From contig JAHEOB010000104.1 of NCBI GenBank assembly GCA_018610095.1, positions 1 to 33,110 on the forward strand: DNA of 33,110 nucleotides, written 5' to 3'. Position 1 is the first letter of the stretch, and each line of letters starts with the position of its first letter. Below the pieces are notes generated by a model. It saw nothing but the letters and a program-made list of their open reading frames with translations. It was not told the DNA's origin and ran no database searches. The translations under genes were made by a program, and so were the position numbers. This document shows positions 9,895-19,855 of this stretch, one piece after another. The stretch comes from Halothece sp. MAG. GTDB lineage: Bacteria; Cyanobacteriota; Cyanobacteriia; Cyanobacteriales; Rubidibacteraceae.

Positions 9895-10947
9895 TTAATA
9901 CCCTAAATGTTCCATCGCTTTTTCCGTTACCATTCGTCCTCTATGGGTGCGCTGTATAAAGCCAATTTGTAATAAGTAGGGCTCGTAAACATCTTCAATG
10001 GTAAGGGCATCTTCTCCCGTTGCTGCTGCCACTGCATCTAAGCCCACTGGTCCCCCATGAAATTGATCAATCATGGTAGTGAGAATGAGGCGATCTGTCC
10101 AATCTAAGCCCATTTTATCCACTTGGAATAATTCTAGGGCTTCTGCCGCCGTGGCTTGGGTAATGGTTCCTAATTCCTTGACTTGGGTGTAGTCTCGAAC
10201 GCGTTTCAGTAGGCGATTGGCGATGCGAGGCGTACCGCGCGATCGCTGCGCAATTTCCACCGCTCCTTCGGTAACAATGTCGGTTTCTAATACCTTTGCC
10301 GTTCGTAAGATAATTTCAGTTAACTCATCAATTTCATAAAATTGTAATCGTTGAATCATCCCAAAGCGATCGCGCAGGGGAGAGGTTAATGATCCGATGC
10401 GGGTAGTTGCGCCTACTAACGTAAACGGTGCAAGGGGAATACTTCGGGTTTTAGCACTTTGTCCTTTCCCCACCGTAATATCCAATCGACCATCTTCCAT
10501 GGCAGGATATAATAATTCCTCGGTTATCCGAGTGAGGCGATGAATTTCATCAATAAATAAAACATCCCCTGGATTTAAATTCACTAGCACACCACTAATA
10601 TCTCGCGGCCGTTCTAAGGCAGGGGCTGCAGTAATTTTACACTGCACGCCCATTTCCGCTGCTAAAATTAGGGAGATAGTGGTTTTACCTAAGCCAGGGG
10701 GACCATACAATAGCAAATGATCCATGGCTTCCCCCCGTTGTTTAGCTGCCGTAATGGCAATCTCTAAGACTGTTTTTAACTCTTTTTGTCCGATATAATC
10801 AGCAAGGCGTTGCGGGCGCAGGGAATCTTCACTACTGCTAGCTTCCTCAGTAGTGGCTTGACTCTGTAACAACTCGTTTCGTTGTTGCTTCTCCCCTTGC
10901 GATGAACGATTCGATTTTCCTTTACCAGAGGAGCGTTTGATCGCCAT
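9895..10947 (-). CDS. ruvB: Holliday junction branch migration helicase RuvB
   Basis: [52 protein letters not shown]. Confidence 0.98.
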   Translation of the reverse strand: MAIKRSSGKGKSNRSSQGEKQQRNELLQSQATTEEASSSEDSLRPQRLADYIGQKELKTVLEIAITAAKQRGEAMDHLLLYGPPGLGKTTISLILAAEMGVQCKITAAPALERPRDISGVLVNLNPGDVLFIDEIHRLTRITEELLYPAMEDGRLDITVGKGQSAKTRSIPLAPFTLVGATTRIGSLTSPLRDRFGMIQRLQFYEIDELTEIILRTAKVLETDIVTEGAVEIAQRSRGTPRIANRLLKRVRDYTQVKELGTITQATAAEALELFQVDKMGLDWTDRLILTTMIDQFHGGPVGLDAVAAATGEDALTIEDVYEPYLLQIGFIQRTHRGRMVTEKAMEHLGY

Positions 10948-10979
10948 AGATTAATAGTTACCAATTAGGAAGGACTGCA

Positions 10980-11753
10980 ATGGTTTTAGCTAAACGCATT
11001 TTACCTTGTCTCGATGTTAACGCTGGTCGAGTCGTGAAAGGCGTTAATTTTGTTAATCTTCGAGATGCCGGTAATCCAGTGGAATTAGCCCAAGTGTATG
11101 ATGCTGCGGGAGCTGATGAACTCGTCTTTTTGGATATTACCGCTACTCATGAAAAACGGGATATTATCTTGGATGTGGTCCGTAAAACCGCTGAACAAGT
11201 CTTTATTCCCCTCACCGTTGGTGGTGGCATCCAATCCTTAGAACACATTAAAAATTTGTTAAGAGCAGGAGCGGATAAAGTGAGTATTAATTCAGGCGCT
11301 GTCCGCAATCCCGACTTAATTAACCAAGCCAGTGCCCGCGTGGGAAAACAGTCCATTGTGGTTGCCATTGATGCTCGTCGCAGAGAAACCCCAGATCATC
11401 CGGGCTGGGATGTCTATGTCAGTGGGGGACGCAAAAATACTGGACTCGACGCGATCGCGTGGGCAAAAGAAATGGAAGAACGCGGGGCAGGGGAATTACT
11501 GGTTACCAGTATGGATGCCGATGGTACCCAAGCTGGTTATGACATTACGTTAACGCGGGCAATCAGTGAAGCAGTAACTATTCCCGTCATTGCCTCGGGT
11601 GGGGCAGGAACGGTGCAACATATTGGTGATGCGTTTACGGAAGCGAAAGCGGAAGCAGCCCTTCTTGCCTCCTTGCTTCATTATCAACAACTGACAGTAG
11701 CGGACATTAAAACTTATATGCAGCAACAGGGCATTCCCGTTCGTATGACTTAA
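10980..11753 (+). CDS. hisF: Imidazole glycerol phosphate synthase cyclase subunit
   Basis: [47 protein letters not shown]. Confidence 0.98.
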   Translation: MVLAKRILPCLDVNAGRVVKGVNFVNLRDAGNPVELAQVYDAAGADELVFLDITATHEKRDIILDVVRKTAEQVFIPLTVGGGIQSLEHIKNLLRAGADKVSINSGAVRNPDLINQASARVGKQSIVVAIDARRRETPDHPGWDVYVSGGRKNTGLDAIAWAKEMEERGAGELLVTSMDADGTQAGYDITLTRAISEAVTIPVIASGGAGTVQHIGDAFTEAKAEAALLASLLHYQQLTVADIKTYMQQQGIPVRMT

Positions 11754-11836
11754 CCCTGAAAATGGTTGATTAAACAAGGGCTGACTTGGACAATGATATA
11801 TTAAGATAGAAGTGATAATATTACTTTTTATTAACT

Positions 11837-12019
11837 ATGTTACTTTTTATTCTCATTTTTGACATGGCTATTGTTGCCTGGTCCCTTCATTTAATGCAAT
11901 CAGGTGTTCAATCCCAAGAATTTTCCCTGATGTTAGCTGGTACATTAGTGGCGATGTCAGCAGCAGCTTTATTAGTTTCTTGTGTCATGATGGGAAATTG
12001 TTTAGGATATTGGGGTTAA
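11837..12019 (+). CDS. Small two-helix membrane protein of unknown function
   Basis: 60 aa; two hydrophobic stretches separated by a polar loop (QSGVQSQEFS); fills the gap between hisF and the tRNA. Confidence 0.65.
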   Translation: MLLFILIFDMAIVAWSLHLMQSGVQSQEFSLMLAGTLVAMSAAALLVSCVMMGNCLGYWG

Positions 12020-12042
12020 CATGACTTTTTTCTGGATTCCCC

Positions 12043-12072
12043 TTGACAATTGGCGTTTTTATAGGCGAGTAT
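12043..12072 (+). promoter_or_regulatory. Candidate sigma70 promoter of tRNA-Ala
   Basis: Perfect TTGACA at 12043-12048; weak -10 (GAGTAT) 18 nt downstream. Confidence 0.45.
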
Positions 12073-12088
12073 TAGGAAAGCAATACTT

Positions 12089-12161
12089 GGGGCTATAGCT
12101 CAGTTGGTAGAGCACCTCAATGGCATTGAGGGGGTCAGCGGTTCGAGTCCGCTTAGCTCCA
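12089..12161 (+). tRNA. tRNA-Ala(GGC), CCA not encoded
   Basis: Acceptor stem GGGGCTA/TAGCTCC with G3-U70; D arm GCTC/GAGC; anticodon arm CCTCA-atGGCat-TGAGG; T loop TTCGAGT. Confidence 0.98.
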
Positions 12162-12308
12162 CTGAAATTAATTTCATCCGCTCTGATCGCGCTGATCGCG
12201 ATCGCGTTTTAACTGGAAGCTACCCATGACGGAAAATTTCCCAGAGACCGCATTTCAAGCTTGTTTGAGATAAACTGGTTGGGTACGAATCATTAGCTAA
12301 TAAATGTC

Positions 12309-13424
12309 ATGAGTTTAAATTTCCGCTTCGCGATCGCAAGTGACCTTCATATTGCTTTAGAGGAAACGATTTTTCATCACCCAAAACGGTTTCATTTAGT
12401 TGAAGTTAGCATTCCCAGTTTTAAGCAAGTTATTGAGCACTTAAAAACCCTAGATATTGATTTTTTATTACTCCCAGGAGACTTAACCCAAGATGGTGAA
12501 CCCGAAAATCATCAATGGTTAGCGGATTATTTGCAAACGCTTCCCTTTCCAGTTTATGTCATTCCAGGAAATCATGACTTTCCAACTTTATCAGGTAACA
12601 ATCCTGGGAAAAATCCTGCGATTACTTATCAACAATTTTCTGATTATTATTCCCATTGTGGTTATCACCAAACTGATCAACTTTATTACACTAAACAGTT
12701 ATTTCCAGGCGTGCAATTAATTGGGCTTAATTCCAATATTTTTAATGAACAGGGGGAACAAATAGGTTGTCTGGATGAAGAACAACTTCACTGGTTAGAA
12801 AATGTATTACCCACAATACAAGATCAGTTTGTCATAGTGATGGTACATCATAATGTTATTGAGCATTTTCCGGGGCAAGCGGATCATGCCCTTTCCCGTC
12901 GTTATATGCTGGATAACGCCGAACGGTTAAAACAACTATTAAAGCAATATGGGGTTCGCTTAATTTTAACAGGTCATCTTCATATTCAAGACATCGCTCA
13001 AGAAGGGAATTTGTATGAAATTACCACCGGTTCATTAGTAAGTTATCCCCATGCTTATCGAGTCATTGATGTCAATCGTAATGCTGACAATCAAGTGGCA
13101 TTAAATGTCCAATCTCATTGGGTTAAAACCATTCCAGGATGGGACAATTTATTAGCATTTTCTCGAGAATGGATGGCAAATCGCGCTGATCCCTTTATGA
13201 TGAAATTATTAACGGAACCTCCTCTGAATATTCCCTCCGAGGAGGCAGAAAAATTTATTCCTGATTTACGTTATTTTTGGGCAGACATTGCACAAGGGGA
13301 CGCTGTTTTTTCGTTTCCCCAATTTCCACCGCAAATGAGAGCCTTTTTTGAGCAGTTTAGTGAATACAATAAGCTCCAATATCACAACATTAGTGATAAT
13401 CACAGTTGCTTAACATTATCGTGA
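12309..13424 (+). CDS. Calcineurin-like metallophosphoesterase (CpdA/Icc-like)
   Basis: Metal-binding motifs SDLH, GDLTQDG, PGNHD, HH and GHLH. Confidence 0.92.
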   Translation: MSLNFRFAIASDLHIALEETIFHHPKRFHLVEVSIPSFKQVIEHLKTLDIDFLLLPGDLTQDGEPENHQWLADYLQTLPFPVYVIPGNHDFPTLSGNNPGKNPAITYQQFSDYYSHCGYHQTDQLYYTKQLFPGVQLIGLNSNIFNEQGEQIGCLDEEQLHWLENVLPTIQDQFVIVMVHHNVIEHFPGQADHALSRRYMLDNAERLKQLLKQYGVRLILTGHLHIQDIAQEGNLYEITTGSLVSYPHAYRVIDVNRNADNQVALNVQSHWVKTIPGWDNLLAFSREWMANRADPFMMKLLTEPPLNIPSEEAEKFIPDLRYFWADIAQGDAVFSFPQFPPQMRAFFEQFSEYNKLQYHNISDNHSCLTLS

Positions 13425-13430
13425 TTGCTG

Positions 13431-13748
13431 TTATTCTTTTTGTTCGTCCTGACTACTATTGCCAGGAGAGTCATTATATAAGACATCCAGTTTTTGTCGA
13501 GCATCATCAACATTAACCGAGCGCATGACTAACAGCGGTTCATTAATCGGTTTTCCTTGTTCATCTAACAATTCCGGATGGCTCAGGGTTTTCCCAGAGG
13601 TCACACCAGCATTAGCATTACTGCCACGATTCCAATTGTGACCCATTTTCTGGGATTCCATTCCCACATTGATTAAACTGCGAATTAAATTAGTAACGGC
13701 AAAAAAGGCAATGACGGTAAAAGCAATGATGTAGAGTAGGTGTAACAT
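13431..13748 (-). CDS. DUF2973-type cyanobacterial single-TM protein
   Basis: MLHLLYIIAF...NLIRSL TM segment, HPELLDEQG, EPLLVMRS. Start moved from the track's 13790 to ATG 13748. Confidence 0.8.
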   Translation of the reverse strand: MLHLLYIIAFTVIAFFAVTNLIRSLINVGMESQKMGHNWNRGSNANAGVTSGKTLSHPELLDEQGKPINEPLLVMRSVNVDDARQKLDVLYNDSPGNSSQDEQKE

Positions 13749-13841
13749 AGTTTCCTCTGAATCAACCTCAACCAGGTTCAAACTGTCCAATACTAACGAA
13801 GTGAAATAAAAGGTTATGATATTAAATATTTTAACCTCTTG

Positions 13842-13865
13842 ATAGCCATCGCGGGCTATTTTTTT
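13842..13865 (+). terminator. Intrinsic terminator-like hairpin on the plus strand
   Basis: ATAGCC-atcgcg-GGCTAT followed by T6. Confidence 0.6.
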
Positions 13866-13992
13866 GATTTAAGGGAGGTTAGGAATTCCCAAATCGCCAA
13901 TTAACAGCACTGGGAAGAGTGGTCTCTATCTATGTTAACTTTAGTTAAAAAAAATTAACGTCTAACTAAAAGGGGAGATGCCTCATCATTGC

Positions 13993-15336
13993 CTATGCCG
14001 ATTCGGGTTTTGGTAAGGAAGAGGGATGGAGTAACAATTCTGCTGTGGAGCGTTTTTCCACCATTTCTTTCGTAATTTGACAGTAACCAACATCTTCACG
14101 GGAGGGTAAATCATACATGACATCAAGCATGATTTCTTCAATAATCCCGCGTAAGGCTCTTGCCCCTGTTTTCCGTCGATTGGCTTCTTGCGCGATCGCG
14201 CGTAGGGCTTCGGTGGTAAATTCCAGTTCAATATTATCCATTCCCAACAGTTTCTGATACTGTTTAATCAGGGCATTGCGGGGTTTGGTTAAAATCGAAA
14301 TCAAAGCCTCTTCATCCAAGGGTTCAATTACCGCAGAAACCGGAATCCGCCCTACAAATTCGGGAATCATGCCAAACTTAATAAAGTCATCAGGTTGGAG
14401 ATACTGTAAAATATCGGCAGCGCGTTGTTCCTTGCTAGTGGTTTCTATTTGTTCCCCATTGGTAAAGCCAATGGATTTTTTGCCAATGCGTTGTTCCACA
14501 ACTTTTTCTAACCCCACGAACGCCCCACCACAAATAAATAGAATATTACTGGTGTCAATTTCAATACAATCTTGGTAGGGATGCTTCCGTCCCCCTTGCG
14601 GCGGAACATTGGCGACTGTGCCTTCTAACATTTTTAGTAGAGCTTGTTGCACCCCTTCCCCTGAGACATCCCTTGTAATGGAGGTATTTTCACTTTTACG
14701 GGCAACTTTATCAATTTCATCAATGTAAATAATGCCCCGTTGCGCTTTGGCGATATCAGAGTCAGCTACTTGTAGTAAGCGCAGTAAAATATTTTCCACA
14801 TCTTCTCCGACATAACCTGCTTCTGTCAGAGTGGTGGCATCCGCAACAGCAAAGGGAACCTCTAAAATTTCTGCCAAGGTTTGAGCCAACAGGGTTTTGC
14901 CACAACCGGTGGGGCCAATTAATAAAATATTCGACTTTTGTAATTGTACCCCTTGCTCATCCCCTTGCTCTTGTTCTTTGTTATCTAAGAGACTCAAGCG
15001 TTTGTAATGATTATAGACGGCAACGGATAAAACTTTTTTGGCTTCATCTTGCCCAATGACATAATCATCAAGATAATTTTTGATTTCTTTCGGTTTGGGA
15101 ATCTCACTTAAGGACAGTTGACCCCCTTGAGATTGCCGATTTTCCTGTTGCGTGGTAGCAACGGGTTGAGCTGGGCGTGATGATGAGGCTTCAATTAACT
15201 CATCATCTAAAATTTCATTACATAAATCCACACACTCATTGCAAATATAGACACCCGGACCGGCAATTAATTTACGCACTTGTTCTTGGGATTTACCACA
15301 AAACGAACATTTTAAGTGGGAGTCGAATTTAGACAT
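13993..15336 (-). CDS. clpX: ATP-dependent Clp protease ATP-binding subunit ClpX
   Basis: Zn finger CSFC...[37 protein letters not shown] loop. ATG at 15336 preferred over GTG 15345. Confidence 0.98.
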   Translation of the reverse strand: MSKFDSHLKCSFCGKSQEQVRKLIAGPGVYICNECVDLCNEILDDELIEASSSRPAQPVATTQQENRQSQGGQLSLSEIPKPKEIKNYLDDYVIGQDEAKKVLSVAVYNHYKRLSLLDNKEQEQGDEQGVQLQKSNILLIGPTGCGKTLLAQTLAEILEVPFAVADATTLTEAGYVGEDVENILLRLLQVADSDIAKAQRGIIYIDEIDKVARKSENTSITRDVSGEGVQQALLKMLEGTVANVPPQGGRKHPYQDCIEIDTSNILFICGGAFVGLEKVVEQRIGKKSIGFTNGEQIETTSKEQRAADILQYLQPDDFIKFGMIPEFVGRIPVSAVIEPLDEEALISILTKPRNALIKQYQKLLGMDNIELEFTTEALRAIAQEANRRKTGARALRGIIEEIMLDVMYDLPSREDVGYCQITKEMVEKRSTAELLLHPSSLPKPESA

Positions 15337-15367
15337 AGTTAACACCTGAGTCTGCTGGGAAAATCGT

Positions 15368-16051
15368 CTAACTAGCAGCCACTTCTTTGGGAGAACGCGT
15401 CTGCGAGGAAATTACTTGGTCAATTAACCCGTATTCTACTGCTTCTTGAGCGGACATATAGAAATCACGGTCGGTATCCTCCGCAATGCGGTCGAAAGAT
15501 TGTCCAGTATGATAAGCCAACAGTTCATTAAGGGTGTTTTTCATATACAACATTTCCCGTGCTTGAATTTCGATGTCCGCTGCTTGTCCTTGCGCGCCGC
15601 CAAGGGGTTGGTGAATCATAATGCGGGAATTGCTCAGTGACATGCGCTTGCCAGCAGCCCCTCCTGCTAACAGAAACGCTCCCATACTAGCTGCCAGCCC
15701 ATAACAAATGGTTGCCACATCAGGCTGAATTTGCTGGATGGTGTCATAAATCGCTAATCCCGAATAAACCGATCCCCCTGGGGAGTTGATATAAAGCTGG
15801 ATGTCTTTTTCAGGGTCTTCCGCTTCTAAAAAGAGTAATTGCGCCACCACCGAATCGGCTAGTTTGTCATCCACAGGCATTCCCAAAAAGATGATCCGCT
15901 CTCGCAACAGGCGGGAATAAAGGTCAAAGGCGCGTTCTTCCATTCCCGCTTGTTCAATCACCATGGGAACAACCGCATTATCGGTTTGAGAGCGGACACC
16001 ATGAGAAGTTTTACTATTGGGCTCAGAAAACGGCATTTGAGAGTAAATCAT
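15368..16051 (-). CDS. clpP: Clp protease proteolytic subunit (clpX-linked paralog)
   Basis: [22 protein letters not shown], catalytic [21 protein letters not shown]. Confidence 0.97.
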   Translation of the reverse strand: MIYSQMPFSEPNSKTSHGVRSQTDNAVVPMVIEQAGMEERAFDLYSRLLRERIIFLGMPVDDKLADSVVAQLLFLEAEDPEKDIQLYINSPGGSVYSGLAIYDTIQQIQPDVATICYGLAASMGAFLLAGGAAGKRMSLSNSRIMIHQPLGGAQGQAADIEIQAREMLYMKNTLNELLAYHTGQSFDRIAEDTDRDFYMSAQEAVEYGLIDQVISSQTRSPKEVAAS

Positions 16052-16099
16052 AAAGGTATGCAGCTCGATCGCGTTAATTGTATCTTTCCTTATTATGGC

Positions 16100-17503
16100 T
16101 TATTCAGTTTCCACAGTGGCTTCGGTGGTTTCGGTTGATTCTTGCGATTGCTCAGAGGATTCCTCATCCTCAGACGATTGCAGCGTGCCTTCAGGAACTA
16201 ATTCCACTTCTGCTTGTTCTCGCAACCATTCTAGGGTTTTTTCCTTACGGAGATCGTCGGTTACATGTTCTTGTAATTGCTCTTCATCATACTCCTGTTG
16301 TTGTTGATCCAGTTGTTCTCTAACCTCTTGTTTTTTATTGTTAATTTCTTCTTCACTGGGTTCAATGGACTCTTGTTTAGCAATTTCCAGTAAGGTTAAA
16401 TTTTGCTTGACGCGAGCAATGGCATCAGGGCGCGATCGTTCCTTCATTTGCTGAATCATTTCCTCAGTCATCATTTGACGCACATCAATGCCATATTGGG
16501 CCATCTGCATGGCCGTTTGAGTGAGCATGGTTTGTAGTTCCTGCTCAATCATGGTTTCAGGCAAATCGATTTCCGTTTGTTCTAACAGGGCATCGATAAT
16601 TGCCTGTTCAATATTGGTTTTGGTTTGCTCTTGGGCTTGATCTTCAAATTGTTTCGTTAAGGCGTCTCGCCATTCTGCCAGGGTCGAATATTCGCCAACA
16701 TCTTCCGCAAATTCATCATCGAGTTCTGGTAACTCTTTGGCTTTTAATTCTTTTAGGGTTACTGTAAAAATTGCCGTTTGCCCTGCTAAATCTTCTCGGG
16801 AATAGTCTTCTGGGAAGGTAACTGAAATTTCTTTAGTTTCTCCAGGACTCATCCCGACAATGCCTTCCACCATCCCTTCAATGAATTTGCCTTCAGCCAG
16901 TTCGACTTCAAAGTCAGTGCCTTGCGCTCCCTCAATGAGTTCGTCTTCACCGTCTTCTTTGGCTAAACGCCCTTGATAATCAATGATGGCAGTGTCTCCC
17001 ATTTGGGCAGCGCGATCTTCCACCGGGGCAAGGGTCGCTTCTTCTTCCTGCTTTTGTTGCAGGTGATCTTCTACTTGTTGGGGATCAGCTTTAACTTCTT
17101 CTGCTTGAACTTGTAAGTTTTTATAATCACCCAGTTTGACTTCTGGGGGAACATCGACGGAAGCGGAGAAGGTAAAGGGTTCACCTGGAGAATATTTTTG
17201 TGTTAATTCATCAAAAGAGGAGCGCAGTTGATAATTGCCTAACGCCTCAATGGATTCTTGCTCAATCGCTTTATCCAGAGAGGGTTGTAAGATCTCCTCA
17301 ATGGCTGCTGCTTTTAACCGTTCTTTTCCAAATTGCTGCACCAATACCTGGCGAGGGACTTTCCCTTTCCGAAACCCAGGAATGTTGGCAGAACGGGTTA
17401 AATCCTTAATGACTTTTTCGTAAGCTTGTTTGGTTTCTTCACCGGGGATTTCAATTTCAAGACCAATTTGACTACTGGGGAGTTTTTCCTGGGTGACTTT
17501 CAT
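16100..17503 (-). CDS. tig: Trigger factor
   Basis: Ribosome-binding motif IPGFRKGKVP; FKBP domain (VTFPEDY); tig-clpP-clpX gene order. Confidence 0.97.
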   Translation of the reverse strand: MKVTQEKLPSSQIGLEIEIPGEETKQAYEKVIKDLTRSANIPGFRKGKVPRQVLVQQFGKERLKAAAIEEILQPSLDKAIEQESIEALGNYQLRSSFDELTQKYSPGEPFTFSASVDVPPEVKLGDYKNLQVQAEEVKADPQQVEDHLQQKQEEEATLAPVEDRAAQMGDTAIIDYQGRLAKEDGEDELIEGAQGTDFEVELAEGKFIEGMVEGIVGMSPGETKEISVTFPEDYSREDLAGQTAIFTVTLKELKAKELPELDDEFAEDVGEYSTLAEWRDALTKQFEDQAQEQTKTNIEQAIIDALLEQTEIDLPETMIEQELQTMLTQTAMQMAQYGIDVRQMMTEEMIQQMKERSRPDAIARVKQNLTLLEIAKQESIEPSEEEINNKKQEVREQLDQQQQEYDEEQLQEHVTDDLRKEKTLEWLREQAEVELVPEGTLQSSEDEESSEQSQESTETTEATVETE

Positions 17504-17773
17504 AGATCAGCTTTACTCTCTACAACTGGAATTAAATTTTACCTGTGACTAAAATCATTGTTATTGTTCACAGGGGCATTTGCTAGTCTAACGAGTTAAA
17601 TCACCAGACGCAGGCAAAGTCCGAATGGTTATTGTAGCATTGCCAAAGAAAGTGTACATTATTAAGAAAGAACATTGATAAGATTTGCGAGAATCATTTA
17701 TATTTTCTCTAATCATAAAATGACCTTTTATGAAAAACGAGAATTAGTGAGAGATAAAGTGGAGGTTTAACCT

Positions 17774-18820
17774 GTGTCATCAGGAATTCGTGTTGCGATT
17801 TTAGGAGCAACAGGTGCGGTCGGACAAGAGTTAATTCAACTGTTAGAACAACGGTCGTTTCCTGCAAGTGAATTGAAGTTACTGGCTTCCCCTCGTTCGG
17901 CGGGGAAAGAAATTCCGTTTCGGGGAGAAACGTTAACGGTAGAAGCAGTCAGTGAACAGGCTTTTGCAGATGTGGATTTAGTGTTAGCCTCGGCAGGGGG
18001 TTCAACCAGTCAAGCATGGGCGCAAACTATTGTCGATGCGGGGGCGGTTTTAGTGGATAATTCCAGTGCCTTTCGCATGGCAGAAAACGTGCCCTTAATC
18101 GTTCCTGAAATTAATCCCCAAGCAGCAGCCCATCATCAAGGGATTATTGCGAACCCCAATTGTACAACGATTTTAATGGGGATGGCGGTGTATCCGCTCC
18201 ATCAAGTACAACCAATTCAACGCTTGCTGGTTGCCACTTATCAATCGGCTTCTGGGGCGGGAGCGCAAGCGATGGAAGAAGTAAAAGCCCAAGCTCAAGC
18301 CATTCTCAATGGTGAAACACCGCCCACGGAAGCGTTTCCTTATCCCTTAGCCTTTAATGTCTTCCCGCACAATTCCTCCTTGACAGAACAGGGCTATTGT
18401 CAAGAAGAAATGAAGATGGTAAAAGAGACAAGGAAGATTTTTGGCACGCCCGATTTACGGATTAGTGCCACTTGTGTGCGGGTTCCCGTGTTAAGAGCCC
18501 ATTGTGAAACAGTTAACTTGGAGTTTGCTGAACCCTTCCCTGTGGGGCAAGCGAGAGAAGTTCTTGCCCAAGCCCCAGGGTTAATTTTACAAGAGGATTG
18601 GGAAAATAATTATTTCCCCATGCCCAATGAAACAACTGGCAAAGATGAGGTATTTGTTGGACGGATTCGCCAAGACATTTCTCATCCTTGTGGGTTAGAG
18701 TTGTGGTTGAGTGGCGATCAAATTCGTAAAGGAGCAGCATTAAACGCGGTACAGATTGCTGAATTGTTAGTGAAAGATGATTTATTGAAGGTTCAACAAT
18801 CAGCAACCGTTTCGGTTTAA
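17774..18820 (+). CDS. asd: Aspartate-semialdehyde dehydrogenase
   Basis: GATGAVG, DNSSAFRM, NPNCTT, TCVRVPV, DQIRKGAALNAVQIAE; GTG start with GGAGG SD. Confidence 0.98.
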   Translation: MSSGIRVAILGATGAVGQELIQLLEQRSFPASELKLLASPRSAGKEIPFRGETLTVEAVSEQAFADVDLVLASAGGSTSQAWAQTIVDAGAVLVDNSSAFRMAENVPLIVPEINPQAAAHHQGIIANPNCTTILMGMAVYPLHQVQPIQRLLVATYQSASGAGAQAMEEVKAQAQAILNGETPPTEAFPYPLAFNVFPHNSSLTEQGYCQEEMKMVKETRKIFGTPDLRISATCVRVPVLRAHCETVNLEFAEPFPVGQAREVLAQAPGLILQEDWENNYFPMPNETTGKDEVFVGRIRQDISHPCGLELWLSGDQIRKGAALNAVQIAELLVKDDLLKVQQSATVSV

Positions 18821-18841
18821 AGGAAATGTAAGAGAGTAAAC

Positions 18842-19732
18842 ATGACCAGTCTAGAATTTGGACAAGTGCTAACGGCAATGGTAACGCCTTTTACAGCAGA
18901 AGGCGAAGTGAATTATGCCGTAGCGGAACAGTTAGCAGATTATTTAGTGACCCACGGAACAGAAACGGTTGTCGTCTGTGGAACAACAGGGGAGTCGCCT
19001 ACCTTAACTTGGGAAGAAGAGTATGAATTGTTTCAAGTGGTACAGAAAGCGGTGGGCGATCGCGCTAAAATAATGGCAGGAACGGGATCAAATTCGACCC
19101 AAGAGGCAATTTCGGCAACGAAACAAGCAGCGAAACTCGGTTTAGATGGGACTTTGCAAGTCGTTCCCTATTACAATAAACCACCCCAAGATGGCTTATA
19201 TCAACACTTTTCTGCGATCGCGCAGGCAACTCCTGAGCTGCCGATGATGCTCTATAATATTCCCGGTCGCACAGGACGGAATTTAGAGCCAGAAATTGTT
19301 ACAAAACTCTCAAAAATTGATAACATTGTTGCCATTAAAGAAGCGAGTGGCGATTTAGAGCAAGTCTCTCAAATTAGTGCCAACGTTCCCCGTAATTTTG
19401 GCATTTATGCAGGAGATGATCCCCTTTGTTTACCATTATTAGCAGTTGGCGGCAATGGTGTGGTTAGTGTGGCCAGTCACCTTGTCGGTGGCAAACTGCA
19501 ACAGATGATTACTGAGTTCAAAAAAGGGAATGTTCAAGTAGCGCAACAAACTCATTTAACATTGTTCCCATTATTTAAAGCGTTATTTTTATCAACCAAT
19601 CCCATTCCCATTAAAACGGCGTTAAGATTACAAGGTTGGAACGTGGGACCGCTGCGATCGCCCTTATCGGGTTTAAATCCCGAATTAGAAGGGAAATTAA
19701 AGGATGTCTTAACCAATTTATCCCTAATTTAA
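18842..19732 (+). CDS. dapA: 4-hydroxy-tetrahydrodipicolinate synthase
   Basis: [35 protein letters not shown]. Confidence 0.98.
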   Translation: MTSLEFGQVLTAMVTPFTAEGEVNYAVAEQLADYLVTHGTETVVVCGTTGESPTLTWEEEYELFQVVQKAVGDRAKIMAGTGSNSTQEAISATKQAAKLGLDGTLQVVPYYNKPPQDGLYQHFSAIAQATPELPMMLYNIPGRTGRNLEPEIVTKLSKIDNIVAIKEASGDLEQVSQISANVPRNFGIYAGDDPLCLPLLAVGGNGVVSVASHLVGGKLQQMITEFKKGNVQVAQQTHLTLFPLFKALFLSTNPIPIKTALRLQGWNVGPLRSPLSGLNPELEGKLKDVLTNLSLI

Positions 19733-19855
19733 CTGCCTATCTTTCCAAACTAAAGGTTATTGATGCTTTTAGGGGATCAAGGAAACAGTTATCCCCCTAA
19801 CCGCTAGTTATTCATTAAAGTTCGATATTTAAGTGTTCATTAGGAAGGTGTACTC

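Noticed and set aside
12089-12310. Genomic island integrated at tRNA-Ala
   Set aside because: No integrase, no duplicated tRNA 3' end seen, and the downstream genes are typical core genes.
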